Notes: generated by a model not told the origin, from the sequence alone. A stretch of 64,000 nt of DNA from a virus (IMGVR_UViG_3300028805_000076:8165-72164), one strand, 5' to 3'; shown: positions 8,831 through 17,459, counted from the stretch's first letter. Made by a program: numbers and translations.

Positions 8831-8995
8831 ATGCTATTCGAAGTAACTGAAAATATTGTAGCTACAACTACAGTCACTGTAGAAGCTGCAAATGAAGATG
8901 AAGCTTATGCAAAAGCTGACGAAATTGTTGCAAATATGGATATTTCACAGTTTATGTTGGGTGCTAAATTGGAGGGAAGTTTGCAGAGAATTTGA
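8831..8995 (+). CDS. small acidic protein (54 aa)
   Basis: ATG..TGA ORF below the track cutoff, between promoter 8664 and terminator 9034; antisense promoter downstream. Confidence 0.35.
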   Translation: MLFEVTENIVATTTVTVEAANEDEAYAKADEIVANMDISQFMLGAKLEGSLQRI

Positions 8996-9033
8996 TTAAT
9001 AGATTCAAAATTTTATGTTTGTTATTTTTGAAA

Positions 9034-9066
9034 GATGTGTTTCACAACACATCTCTTTTTTTTTGT
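9034..9066 (+). terminator. intrinsic terminator (gatgtgt-ttcacaa-cacatc + T10)
   Basis: hairpin followed by a long T-run. Confidence 0.6.
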
Positions 9067-9069
9067 CAT

Positions 9070-9110
9070 CTGATGACGCTGCAATTCCCTCGCTGCAAAG
9101 ATACGACTTT
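9070..9110 (-). promoter_or_regulatory. minus-strand copy of the TATCTTTGCAGCGAGGGAA promoter motif
   Basis: reverse complement of 9081-9103 is TATCTTTGCAGCGAGGGAATTGC. Confidence 0.4.
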
Positions 9111-9213
9111 TTTTTGAAAGTACCAAATATTTCTTGTACTTTAACATTTATTTAACACAATAAAAAAAAGAGCACCACCTTTTGGGTGATGCCCTTTGCA
9201 GAATGTTCACGTG

Positions 9214-9528
9214 TTAGATGAACGTGGTGAATGGAACGAAGTCCGTGCCGTTATCGTACTTAATCGTGCAGTACTTCTCGCTGAAATGGAGACGTACACC
9301 GAAGCGCTGAATAAGAGCGTTCACGCGGCTGCATGTGGTCTTTGAGAAGCGGCAAGGATGATTCTCCATATCGGTAATGGTCACATAATCGCGTGTCGCG
9401 TTGGCGATGTGTACACCGTGGAGGTAAACCTTGGATACACCGTTGCGTGTGATAACTTGCGTATTGCTCTTGAAGAAGTTACGGCCATTCATAATGGCTT
9501 TGTTCATTTCTTTCTCAATCTGTCTCAT
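9214..9528 (-). CDS. hypothetical protein
   Basis: 104-aa ORF directly downstream of a minus promoter. Confidence 0.5.
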   Translation of the reverse strand: MRQIEKEMNKAIMNGRNFFKSNTQVITRNGVSKVYLHGVHIANATRDYVTITDMENHPCRFSKTTCSRVNALIQRFGVRLHFSEKYCTIKYDNGTDFVPFTTFI

Positions 9529-9544
9529 AATTGTTACTGTTTTA

Positions 9545-9600
9545 TTGTTTTTGATGGTGCAAAGATAGGGTATTTTGAGCTAATATGCAAGAAAATATTA
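9545..9600 (-). promoter_or_regulatory. Bacteroides-type promoter (-7 box TATCTTTG on minus)
   Basis: plus-strand gcaaagata at 9560-9567; leader AT-rich. Confidence 0.5.
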
Positions 9601-9649
9601 ATCTTTAACAAAACTTTAACTGATGTGTTAAATTAATGTTAAATAACCA

Positions 9650-9700
9650 GAGAAAGTTGCAAATACCAAATAAAAGTCGTATATTTGCACCATCAAAATT
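9650..9700 (+). promoter_or_regulatory. Bacteroides-type promoter (TATATTTG) with the conserved leader
   Basis: -7 box at 9680-9687 then CACCATCAAAATTAAACAATACATTAAAAAA leader before ATG 9729. Confidence 0.5.
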
Positions 9701-9728
9701 AAACAATACATTAAAAAATATAAGAACT

Positions 9729-10043
9729 ATGACAGTAGCAGAACCCCAATTTCACAAGTTAGCTGACGAATACGAGAAGCTTATCCGCAAATTTTTCAAG
9801 GTAAACAACATCAAGGAAGTTGTTTGCACCGACAAGAAAGAACACTTCTTTGACCTTATTGAAGTAAAGAAAAACGGCACAATGACTGTGTATGCTCACG
9901 GTTTGACCAAGACAACGTGGAAGAAGTTGTATTTCGATTTTACAGTTGATTATGCTATATGTCTTGCCAATATGGAGCACGATTTGTTCTTGCAGCAACG
10001 CCAAGGCAAACACGATAAGTTTAACTTTTATTTTTACGATTGA
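9729..10043 (+). CDS. hypothetical protein
   Basis: start set at ATG 9729, ~40 nt after the promoter; the track ORF began upstream inside the promoter. Confidence 0.5.
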   Translation: MTVAEPQFHKLADEYEKLIRKFFKVNNIKEVVCTDKKEHFFDLIEVKKNGTMTVYAHGLTKTTWKKLYFDFTVDYAICLANMEHDLFLQQRQGKHDKFNFYFYD

Positions 10044-10570
10044 TTATGAATAAGAAGTTTTATGTCATCTTGGGTGACGGTGAGTGTGAACGCGCAATAA
10101 CCCCTCTCTGCGACACTGAAGAAGAGGCAGTTGAAAAAGCCTATAAGGTAACTAATACAATCATTGCAAATAAGAAGGAGTTTTGCAAGAAGCTTCGTGA
10201 AGAAAGTTTCACCACTGATACCAAAGATAATGAGTACTACTTGTTTGGTGCTGATGTCCATTTCATCCCAAACATCTACTACATTTCTGAAGCGGATAAG
10301 GATAGTATTAACGAATCTATTGCTGTTCAATTCCCCATCAAAATCGAATCAAATCGAGAGACGAAGTTTGTTATGTGCTCTTACGACAGCAAACATAACA
10401 TAAACATTATGTCTTTGTTTTGTGACACAGTACCAGAATGCTTGAAAGACTTCGTAGAGTCCAATTATATGGTCTTGATTCCATCAATCATTGAGGATGT
10501 GGTTGGCAATTGGCGCACAGTCATCAACAACAAAGTGTATTTCATTGTTCAGCTTAATGTCTATGCCTAA
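10040..10570 (+). CDS. hypothetical protein
   Basis: 176-aa ORF, ATGA overlap with the upstream gene. Confidence 0.5.
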   Translation: MIMNKKFYVILGDGECERAITPLCDTEEEAVEKAYKVTNTIIANKKEFCKKLREESFTTDTKDNEYYLFGADVHFIPNIYYISEADKDSINESIAVQFPIKIESNRETKFVMCSYDSKHNINIMSLFCDTVPECLKDFVESNYMVLIPSIIEDVVGNWRTVINNKVYFIVQLNVYA

Positions 10571-10730
10571 AAAGTTACATATTGTAGTCCCCAAAGCTTT
10601 GGTGAAGCTTGATAATCTGCAAGTCCGTATGGCTTCAGATTATCCCTACGACAACAAACCAACCTATGACGAAGTGCGCCAAGAGATTATCAAAATCCTT
10701 GATATGTTTGAAGATGTTAGCTATAATTAG
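10557..10730 (+). CDS. hypothetical small protein
   Basis: ATG 10557 gives a 14-nt overlap with the upstream gene; the track ORF (10491) is longer. Confidence 0.35.
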   Translation: MSMPKKLHIVVPKALVKLDNLQVRMASDYPYDNKPTYDEVRQEIIKILDMFEDVSYN

Positions 10731-10769
10731 CTAACATTTTTTTTATGTGTTAAATAAATGTTAAACCGT

Positions 10770-10815
10770 CAAAAATATTTGGCGGTTTCTATAAAAATCC
10801 ATATCTTTGCAGCGA
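10770..10815 (+). promoter_or_regulatory. TATCTTTGCAGCGAGGGAA promoter motif copy
   Basis: -7 box 10802-10809. Confidence 0.4.
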
Positions 10816-10833
10816 GGGAAATATGCATATATA

Positions 10834-10872
10834 TAAAAAAAACCATCCTATCGTATTGATAGGATGGAAAAC
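10834..10872. terminator. bidirectional hairpin terminator (ccatcctatc...gataggatgg)
   Basis: 9-10 bp stem flanked by A-run and A/T tail between convergent genes. Confidence 0.45.
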
Positions 10873-10886
10873 TATGAAAAAAGAAA

Positions 10887-11450
10887 CTACTTTTGTATAA
10901 GGAACCTCGGAATGTTGCAACCAACGAAGTTGCCCAATACAATTAAAGGATAATACTTAAAAGCATATAGCTGAATCAGATAATGTTCGGCAGAGAACAT
11001 ATAATAAGCATCAGCAATACTGTGATACATTCCACTCAATATGAATGCAGCTACACCGAAAACTACTAACAGTTTGTTGCCTTGCCTACCACTATTGACG
11101 ATTAACGTCATAATCAGACCACAACCAATACCCTTAAGGAAGTTATCAAATTGACCATCAACTATTCGGTCATCAATGATATTGCTTGCCATATCGTGCT
11201 CTCCTATAACAAAAGCAACCAATGCACAACCACCGATATTCAAGAGCAGTATGCCAAGTAGCTGTAGCCATTCCTTTGGCTGTTTATAATTGAAGAATCC
11301 AGCTTGCCCCGTGTATAAAGGAAGCTTATATTCAATCACAGCAAGCAATCCAAAGGAGAAAAGTACGCTACCATACACTTGTCCAACGTTCAGATATACC
11401 GCTCCACCAAGGGCAATAAGAACGCCCGATAGGATTGAAGACTTAATCAT
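10887..11450 (-). CDS. integral membrane protein (multi-pass)
   Basis: several long hydrophobic segments across 187 aa. Confidence 0.5.
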   Translation of the reverse strand: MIKSSILSGVLIALGGAVYLNVGQVYGSVLFSFGLLAVIEYKLPLYTGQAGFFNYKQPKEWLQLLGILLLNIGGCALVAFVIGEHDMASNIIDDRIVDGQFDNFLKGIGCGLIMTLIVNSGRQGNKLLVVFGVAAFILSGMYHSIADAYYMFSAEHYLIQLYAFKYYPLIVLGNFVGCNIPRFLIQK

Positions 11451-11788
11451 ATCTTTTCAAGTTTAACGTATGAGTGTACGATATTAGGTACTGTGATTTC
11501 GTCTTCGTCATTCAAGCCATTGAACTCACGAATAGACTGTGCCATTGTTTCACAGTTGCTAACAAAATCAAGTGTTGGATATTTAATCACAAACTCACTT
11601 CCCTTATAGTTAGGACAATAGCCAAAGCCATCATATAGCTGAAAAGTCATTGTATGAGGCTTGTTGTCATTGAAGATATTGTTGGAAGCATCGTCATTGA
11701 ACTGAAACGTCTGAATGCAAATTAATTTGCCATACAGTTTCTCTAAAATTTCTTTTGAAATAGGATTTTTCACTTTATTCATATACAA
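11447..11788 (-). CDS. hypothetical protein
   Basis: 113-aa ORF, ATGA overlap. Confidence 0.5.
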   Translation of the reverse strand: MYMNKVKNPISKEILEKLYGKLICIQTFQFNDDASNNIFNDNKPHTMTFQLYDGFGYCPNYKGSEFVIKYPTLDFVSNCETMAQSIREFNGLNDEDEITVPNIVHSYVKLEKI

Positions 11789-11862
11789 TATAAAATTAAA
11801 ATTTCATATCGTAATTATATATTCAAAATATGAATTACGGTATGAAATTTTATTAAATAATG

Positions 11863-12291
11863 TTAATTCTTCTTCTGTTTGTCTTTCTTGGAAGCTTTAA
11901 CCAATGTAGTACCATCACACGTAACACTAATGTGAAACTTCGAAATACCATTGATTTCAGCAGCCTTCATCTTGAACCATTTGCCGTGGTCTACTGGTAG
12001 ATGTCTATCTGGACAACTTGGGTCTGGTGTTTGGTTTGTCCACAGATGAATCATCTCGTGGATAAGGACTTCAAAGGCAGTTTGCTCTTCCAATTGATAA
12101 TAATCAGTCATCCTAATAACATCAATGCTGAACTCATTTCCGTGAGGGGACAAGTCGATGCACTGTTGAAATTCTCCCAAATGAGTCTTCTTGTGTTCAA
12201 TCTCAAAAACTGGTTCTTTCAATTTATTCTCAAAGAATCTCTTGTTGAAGATAGGGAAGTACTTCTTCATAAACTCAATAGTTGGAATCAT
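11863..12291 (-). CDS. SprT-like zinc metallopeptidase domain protein (HEMIH)
   Basis: FEVLIHEMIHLW HExxH motif. Confidence 0.45.
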   Translation of the reverse strand: MIPTIEFMKKYFPIFNKRFFENKLKEPVFEIEHKKTHLGEFQQCIDLSPHGNEFSIDVIRMTDYYQLEEQTAFEVLIHEMIHLWTNQTPDPSCPDRHLPVDHGKWFKMKAAEINGISKFHISVTCDGTTLVKASKKDKQKKN

Positions 12292-12306
12292 ATTACTGTG
12301 TGATTT

Positions 12307-14178
12307 TTATATTAAACTTGTGTCCTTATGCTGTTGATACATTGACTTCTGACTTGGTACGACCTTGAAAGCCCCTACCATAGTGTGGTACACGAGAAGT
12401 CTCATATTGCCACCGATGCACGTGCCACTGTTCTTGTCAATCTCGGCATCCAAAACGAGAGAGACGCACGAGAGCCCGAAGTCATCAGTTGTGAGATAGT
12501 CACGATTCTTCTCAAGTTGGAATTGCTTGAGCTTGTCAGCTCTGAATCCAAACACGAGACTGTCACTTGTGAAACTGTCAAAACGCTTTACTTGGGAAGA
12601 CACTGCATAATTGTTCTTACCTTGCATATGCGCCTCATTGAAGTAGTCATAGCTACAGTCAATGTTTTTATCCTTCAGCATCTTGTCAAAAATAATCTTT
12701 GCATTCTCTGAACAAGACTTGCGTCCCTTGCAACGACTGAAGAAGAACTCTACCTCTTCTTTGGTCAAGTCTATAGCGAAGTTGCCACAAGGTGCTGAAG
12801 CAAGAACAGATGTAGCATCCAATTCGTTTGCACTGCAAACCCATTCCTTCTCTGTCTTGTCAGTTGGAACATTCTCCCTATCAGCAAAGTTCTGCTCATA
12901 CTGACTGTACTGTGTGGCGTGGAATTTGTTGACGAAGAACAACGTATTCAGTCTTTTGTTTTCAGACCTATATCCACACATACGTCCAAGCAAGGCTTGT
13001 GCAGTTGCAGCAGCAGACAAGCTGTAGTCATACACTAAGTATGTATAGTCCTTGAAGTTGCCGTGAATCGTTACACCAGCTCTGAATGCACCCTTGATTA
13101 ACACGAGAAGTGGTTTGGTAGGTATCTTTTGTTCCAAGAGAATAGGAAGTGTCACACCTTCGAACTTCTTGTTGAACTCAATGGCATCTATTTGTTCCTT
13201 GAGCCTATCAGAAAGCTTGTCATAGTTGAGCTTGCTTGTTGAAGCATCCATTTGATAGACATCAAAATTATACTTCACGAAGTTACGCTCTACCAATTCC
13301 TCATTCTTGCGTGTACGCACGAAGAAGATACCGTCAATGCCATCAGCCTTGCAACGAGTCAAGCCCTCACGAAGGGCAAGCAGAATGTCTCCAACATCCT
13401 CACAGTGTGACTTTGCATCGTGGACGAGTCCTTCATTGATGTACTCGCTGACTCCAACGTAACCACTGTTTGTTGGAAGCTCGATAATCTCCTTGCACTC
13501 ATTGACATCAGATATTACCTCGCTGAAAGGCGTTGCAGATACTGAAACAATGTAGATGTTACGAGAAATAAGCTCGTTTGGATTTCTCCAATTGATGCCT
13601 TGCTTCTCCAAGAACTGTGTGAGCTTATTCTTCTTGCCGCTACCGTAATGACATTCGTCAATGAAAAGAATGGAATTGTCAATAGAGCCATCAAAGCCCA
13701 TCAAGTCACTGTTTTTAAGAAGAAAATACTTCTTTTGTGTCTTGTACTTCAAAGAACGCTTTCCATTGTAGGTGTTCTCTACGGTTGCATCGCTGACTTG
13801 CTTGATGACACGCTCGAACGTTTGCTCCTTAAGACCACAGTCATTCATACCACAAAGGAAGAAGAACTTGTTGACCATCATAGTCTTATCCAAGTGCAAT
13901 GCATTGACAATATTAACAACAGCATTCACTGCACCAGTTTTTCCACTCTGCATCTTTGCAACTAGAATCACGTGGTTACGTCTTGTTTCTGCTCGATTGA
14001 AAGCCAAAAGTATATTCTTTGCACATTCAATTTGGGTGTCGTGTATATAACCATCGCACCCAATAGAGCCACTTCTGAATAAATTGTTATCAGACGATAA
14101 AATAAGATTTGTAATTACTTCTGTTTGAGTAAGAGTTTCTGTCATAGTTATTTTAATATTTTTGCAAAAATACACCAA
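12307..14178 (-). CDS. SF2 DExH-box helicase/ATPase family protein
   Basis: Walker A AKMQSGKTG, motif II FIDECH, motif III SAT, motif VI QALLGRMCGYR. Confidence 0.55.
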   Translation of the reverse strand: MVYFCKNIKITMTETLTQTEVITNLILSSDNNLFRSGSIGCDGYIHDTQIECAKNILLAFNRAETRRNHVILVAKMQSGKTGAVNAVVNIVNALHLDKTMMVNKFFFLCGMNDCGLKEQTFERVIKQVSDATVENTYNGKRSLKYKTQKKYFLLKNSDLMGFDGSIDNSILFIDECHYGSGKKNKLTQFLEKQGINWRNPNELISRNIYIVSVSATPFSEVISDVNECKEIIELPTNSGYVGVSEYINEGLVHDAKSHCEDVGDILLALREGLTRCKADGIDGIFFVRTRKNEELVERNFVKYNFDVYQMDASTSKLNYDKLSDRLKEQIDAIEFNKKFEGVTLPILLEQKIPTKPLLVLIKGAFRAGVTIHGNFKDYTYLVYDYSLSAAATAQALLGRMCGYRSENKRLNTLFFVNKFHATQYSQYEQNFADRENVPTDKTEKEWVCSANELDATSVLASAPCGNFAIDLTKEEVEFFFSRCKGRKSCSENAKIIFDKMLKDKNIDCSYDYFNEAHMQGKNNYAVSSQVKRFDSFTSDSLVFGFRADKLKQFQLEKNRDYLTTDDFGLSCVSLVLDAEIDKNSGTCIGGNMRLLVYHTMVGAFKVVPSQKSMYQQHKDTSLI

Positions 14179-14220
14179 AAATCTGTAAAAAGCAAAAATA
14201 CAACTACATTTAACTTGAAA

Positions 14221-14463
14221 TTAACATATTTCATAAAATTTCTTAATACTGTCCATTATACTGAATAACTCAAAATTTGACAGTGCTGTCAGCTTATAGA
14301 TATAACCAAGAGGGAATTGAATCTTTCCAATTCCATCCTCAATAAATACATTAATATCAGTTGTCCCGTAATTAACATAAACGTTTGGAATTGAAAGACG
14401 ATATTGTTCATCTTCTTTACCATATCTTCGCATCAGCTTATGTATTCCCAATAATAGATTCAT
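14221..14463 (-). CDS. hypothetical protein
   Basis: 80-aa ORF. Confidence 0.45.
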   Translation of the reverse strand: MNLLLGIHKLMRRYGKEDEQYRLSIPNVYVNYGTTDINVFIEDGIGKIQFPLGYIYKLTALSNFELFSIMDSIKKFYEIC

Positions 14464-14488
14464 ATTATATAGTATTATATGTATATAA

Positions 14489-14506
14489 GGTACTTAATTA
14501 AGTACC
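14489..14506. repeat. 18-bp palindrome GGTACTTAATTAAGTACC (copy 4)
   Basis: exact copy, followed 18 nt later by a hairpin with a T-run. Confidence 0.8.
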
Positions 14507-14519
14507 CTATTCTTAATGT

Positions 14520-14556
14520 GCAAAAGCATCAGCTTTCACAAGCTAATGCTTTTTAG
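14520..14556 (+). terminator. hairpin + T5 (loop contains TTTCACAAG)
   Basis: gcatcagc-tttcacaa-gctaatgc then ttttt. Confidence 0.4.
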
Positions 14557-14595
14557 AACCCACGAAAAAATAGGTAAAGTTATGAAGAAAGTATG

Positions 14596-14685
14596 TTGGT
14601 AGAGATGGATTTGAACCACCGAAGCCTCATAAGAGGCGACTGTGCCACTAAACACAGCCCCATTTGACCGCTTTGGTATCTACCG
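14596..14685 (-). tRNA. class-II-like tRNA (long variable arm), atypical 8-nt anticodon loop, anticodon unresolved
   Basis: acceptor cGGTAGA/TCTACCa, D arm CCA-AAGCGGTCAAA-TGG, T arm GGTGG-TTCAAAT-CCATC, variable hairpin GCCTC-TTAT-GAGGC; anticodon stem CTGTG/CACAG encloses TTTAGTGG. Confidence 0.45.
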
Positions 14686-14687
14686 AA

Positions 14688-14779
14688 TGGTTGATAGAGA
14701 GGGATTCGAACCCTCGAAGCCTCCGAAGAGGCGGTTGAGCTACTAACACAACCCCATTTGACCGCTTTGGTATCTATCG
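14688..14779 (-). tRNA. class-II-like tRNA, paralog of the previous, encoded CCA, anticodon unresolved
   Basis: same 5' half; T arm GAGGG-TTCGAAT-CCCTC; 3' end TCTATCA-A-CCA; loop region TTAGTAG. Confidence 0.45.
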
Positions 14780-14872
14780 GGTAATTAAACCATCATTGTG
14801 TCTTAATTACAATACGATTATATACACAAAAGCGGTCAAACAGAAATGTTTTTTGTTAATAAGTGTTAAGAT

Positions 14873-15325
14873 TTACTTCAAATACAAGTTCTCCAAACGG
14901 TTGTTGAACTTATTACCATCTTTATGGAAAAGACGATGACCACCTTCTATTGAGCCATTGAATGTTTCATAGACAAGATAACAAGCTGTAAGCTGTACTT
15001 GCCCCCACATACTGCGATTCAAGCGAACTGTCGGATTCTTGTGGCTTTTGTTTGCTGTCTGCTTCATAACATGCTTGGTGTATTTGTTGCGAATACGACC
15101 AAGGTTTGAAGCCTCATAGCCAATATATGGGGAATCTTTCCAAAACTCAATTTCATCCACGTCATAGTTGATAACAAGCCATCCATATTCATCAGAAAGA
15201 TAGTTGTTGATGGCATCATAATCGTCAGCTTCAATGTAATTTGGAAGCTCTACCTCGGTTGGAAGGGTGATGTCTTCGCCATCAGTCTTCCATACAATGT
15301 TAATAGCTTTATATTTACAATCCAT
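14873..15325 (-). CDS. HNH homing endonuclease (NUMOD4 + HNH_3-like)
   Basis: YIGYEASNLGRIRN (NUMOD4-like) and GGHRLFHKDGNKFNNRLENL (HNH); start set at ATG 15325 below the promoter. Confidence 0.6.
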   Translation of the reverse strand: MDCKYKAINIVWKTDGEDITLPTEVELPNYIEADDYDAINNYLSDEYGWLVINYDVDEIEFWKDSPYIGYEASNLGRIRNKYTKHVMKQTANKSHKNPTVRLNRSMWGQVQLTACYLVYETFNGSIEGGHRLFHKDGNKFNNRLENLYLK

Positions 15326-15334
15326 AGTGATATT

Positions 15335-15380
15335 GTTTTTTAACGCTGCAAAGATAGGTAAAAATCGGCAATGCTGCAAG
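15335..15380 (-). promoter_or_regulatory. Bacteroides-type promoter (TATCTTTGCAGCG on minus)
   Basis: plus gctgcaaagata 15346-15356. Confidence 0.5.
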
Positions 15381-15424
15381 ATTTAACGACACTTTAACAA
15401 AACATTAACCAATATGTTAAATTA

Positions 15425-15485
15425 AAGTTAAAGTACCAGAAATATTTGGAATTGTAGTGAAAAAGCTCTATCTTTGCAGCGAGGA
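15425..15485 (+). promoter_or_regulatory. repeat-module promoter TTAAAGTACCAGAAATATTTGG...TATCTTTGCAGCGAGG
   Basis: -33 TTTG and -7 TATCTTTG (15469-15476); module repeated at 17460, 20925, 23770. Confidence 0.45.
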
Positions 15486-15498
15486 AAATAGCGTACGG

Positions 15499-15537
15499 CA
15501 AAAAAAATGGCATCATCTCATTTCGAGATAATGCCAT
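15499..15537 (-). terminator. intrinsic terminator for minus gene 15556-16005
   Basis: aatggcat...atgccatt stem with an A8 run on plus (U8 on minus). Confidence 0.5.
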
Positions 15538-15555
15538 TCCTTAATGATGTCAGTG

Positions 15556-16005
15556 TTATGGAATTGTTATCTTTCCCTCGGCAATTTCATCCTTCAATTT
15601 GTCGATAAAAGATACAAGCCCATCAGCATACTCCTTCAAGTCATCCCAATCCGTGCGACTCTCGCACAAGTCTTCGGGTGAACTCTTTGACAAGTCACAG
15701 TAGTACAAATCGTTGTCATACTCCATTTCGCCATAAGCAAGCTTTTCAAAACAGTTTGTGACTTCGCCATAACATTGATAGGAATATCCTTTGGAAATCA
15801 TCTTTTTCATTGCGAAGCTCCAATATTCTGACTCGTTGCGTCTGCGGTCAGCGAAGTATTCTTGAACTGTCACCAATTGGCCGTTAGCTTCGATATACTC
15901 TTGTATAGCTGCTTCACGTTCAAGCCCTATCTTATTAGAATTGTTGAGAGCTTCGATAAAGCTCTTCCATTGGCTGTCCGTGTTATACTTGTAAATCTTC
16001 AACAT
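15556..16005 (-). CDS. hypothetical acidic protein
   Basis: 149-aa ORF. Confidence 0.5.
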   Translation of the reverse strand: MLKIYKYNTDSQWKSFIEALNNSNKIGLEREAAIQEYIEANGQLVTVQEYFADRRRNESEYWSFAMKKMISKGYSYQCYGEVTNCFEKLAYGEMEYDNDLYYCDLSKSSPEDLCESRTDWDDLKEYADGLVSFIDKLKDEIAEGKITIP

Positions 16006-16017
16006 AGCTTTAATTGT

Positions 16018-16338
16018 TTACTTTTCAACATGCTCTTGCTGAATTTCACCACAGCACAACATAATGTCTCCGTAGGTGATGTCTCTTGGCTGTAACTCGT
16101 CCAAACCGCGATAGCAAAGAACTTCCTCTGCAAGCTTCTTGTGCCTTACCACATACTCACGTTTAGGATACGTTATCAAGATACGCTGTGGGGCTGTAGT
16201 GTCCTCTTTGTCAGCCAACTTGCCAATTGCGAACCCATTGAAGCACTCTACGTCATAACAGTGCTCCTTATCGTCTTTGAAGAACTTCTTGTCATAAAAG
16301 ACAATATCTTGTTCAAAAATTACATTTTTTCTTGCCAT
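16018..16338 (-). CDS. hypothetical protein
   Basis: 106-aa ORF. Confidence 0.5.
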   Translation of the reverse strand: MARKNVIFEQDIVFYDKKFFKDDKEHCYDVECFNGFAIGKLADKEDTTAPQRILITYPKREYVVRHKKLAEEVLCYRGLDELQPRDITYGDIMLCCGEIQQEHVEK

Positions 16339-16341
16339 AGT

Positions 16342-16500
16342 TTACTTGAATATAGTTACAATTTTGTTACGAGGAATACGGTTTTCGCGGCAGAAGGTCA
16401 CAGCTTCAGTATATTTGTCGAACTCGTTTCTTTCGTCCATTGAGACAAAATCGTCAATCTTGACCGAAGCCCATACAATATATTTCTTTTCCTTCTTCAT
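16342..16500 (-). CDS. small protein (52 aa)
   Basis: ATG 16500..TAA 16342, coupled 3 nt from both neighbours; below the ORF-track cutoff. Confidence 0.35.
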   Translation of the reverse strand: MKKEKKYIVWASVKIDDFVSMDERNEFDKYTEAVTFCRENRIPRNKIVTIFK

Positions 16501-16503
16501 AGC

Positions 16504-16596
16504 TTAATTCTCACCGTTAGTCATAAACACTTCAATAAGCTTGGGAATAAAGCCACAAAAGGCTACAATACCGAAAAATACGAATGGATGCATCAT
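16504..16596 (-). CDS. 30-aa hydrophobic peptide
   Basis: MMHPFVFFGIVAFCGFIPKLIEVFMTNGEN, ~45 nt after a promoter/leader module. Confidence 0.3.
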   Translation of the reverse strand: MMHPFVFFGIVAFCGFIPKLIEVFMTNGEN

Positions 16597-16629
16597 AATA
16601 GTATTGGTTTTTATTGTTAGTACTTGTTT

Positions 16630-16680
16630 TAATTTCACTGTGCAAATATAGTGCTTTTAATTGACACCGCAAACAAAAAC
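16630..16680 (-). promoter_or_regulatory. Bacteroides-type promoter (TATATTTG on minus)
   Basis: plus caaatata 16643-16650 with the conserved leader. Confidence 0.45.
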
Positions 16681-16762
16681 AGTAAGTTTAACAAAAGTTT
16701 AACTGTATTGTTAAAAAATGTAAAATGGCACTGACTTGCCACTGTCAGTGCCATCGAGTCAA

Positions 16763-17335
16763 TCAAGCTCTCTTGCCTTTTGAAGTGTTGTGGGCTTGTG
16801 TGCCATACTCCTTCCAACCAAAGGTTGCAGCTACGAAAGGACGAATGCTCTTGGTGCGCTTGAAGAACTTCTCTTCGGTGTCGATAACTCCATTGACAAT
16901 ATCATTCACGATTTTCTCTGCCTCATCGTGTGTATCAACATAACGATAGACAACATAGTTCCATCCATCGTGGTGAGCGCCTTCAGCACGAACATTGTAC
17001 TTGTCTGCATAGAAGCAAACATCGTCACAGCCGATACTTGTGGTAAGCACTTTATTGACGTTAGTGCCAATAATCTTGCCTCCTTTTCTGCGGCCATACC
17101 AAAATCCAGCATCAACGAAACCTACGATATAGCCAACCCCTTCAATATTGAGGTTGCAAACTTCATCGTAAAGCCCATCCAAAATGCATTGATAGACCCT
17201 TTCATTGTCAATATCTTCAACGTCACAGTCATTGCACTCTGCAAGCATTTCGCGTGTTTCCTTAACAACCTCTTCGTCATAACAGTCAAAACTGCTGAAG
17301 ATAGTGAGCTTCACTTGCTTAATGTTCTTTGCCAT
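16763..17335 (-). CDS. hypothetical protein
   Basis: start set at ATG 17335 (MAKNIKQ) ~45 nt below the promoter. Confidence 0.5.
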   Translation of the reverse strand: MAKNIKQVKLTIFSSFDCYDEEVVKETREMLAECNDCDVEDIDNERVYQCILDGLYDEVCNLNIEGVGYIVGFVDAGFWYGRRKGGKIIGTNVNKVLTTSIGCDDVCFYADKYNVRAEGAHHDGWNYVVYRYVDTHDEAEKIVNDIVNGVIDTEEKFFKRTKSIRPFVAATFGWKEYGTQAHNTSKGKRA

Positions 17336-17369
17336 AGTTTTATTTGCTTTTAATGTTAGTAATTGTTTT

Positions 17370-17410
17370 AATTTCACGGTGCAAAGATAGGGAAAAAATC
17401 AATACCATCC
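17370..17410 (-). promoter_or_regulatory. promoter + conserved leader (TATCTTTGCACCGTGAAATTAAAACAATTACTAACATTAAAA)
   Basis: plus gcaaagata 17382-17389. Confidence 0.55.
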
Positions 17411-17459
17411 AACTTTTTTCTTAACATTAACAAAACTTTAACCGATATGTTAAATTAAT

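Noticed and set aside
10491-10556. upstream extension of ORF 10557-10730
   Set aside because: Would overlap gene 10040-10570 by 80 nt in another frame; the internal ATG gives the usual short overlap.
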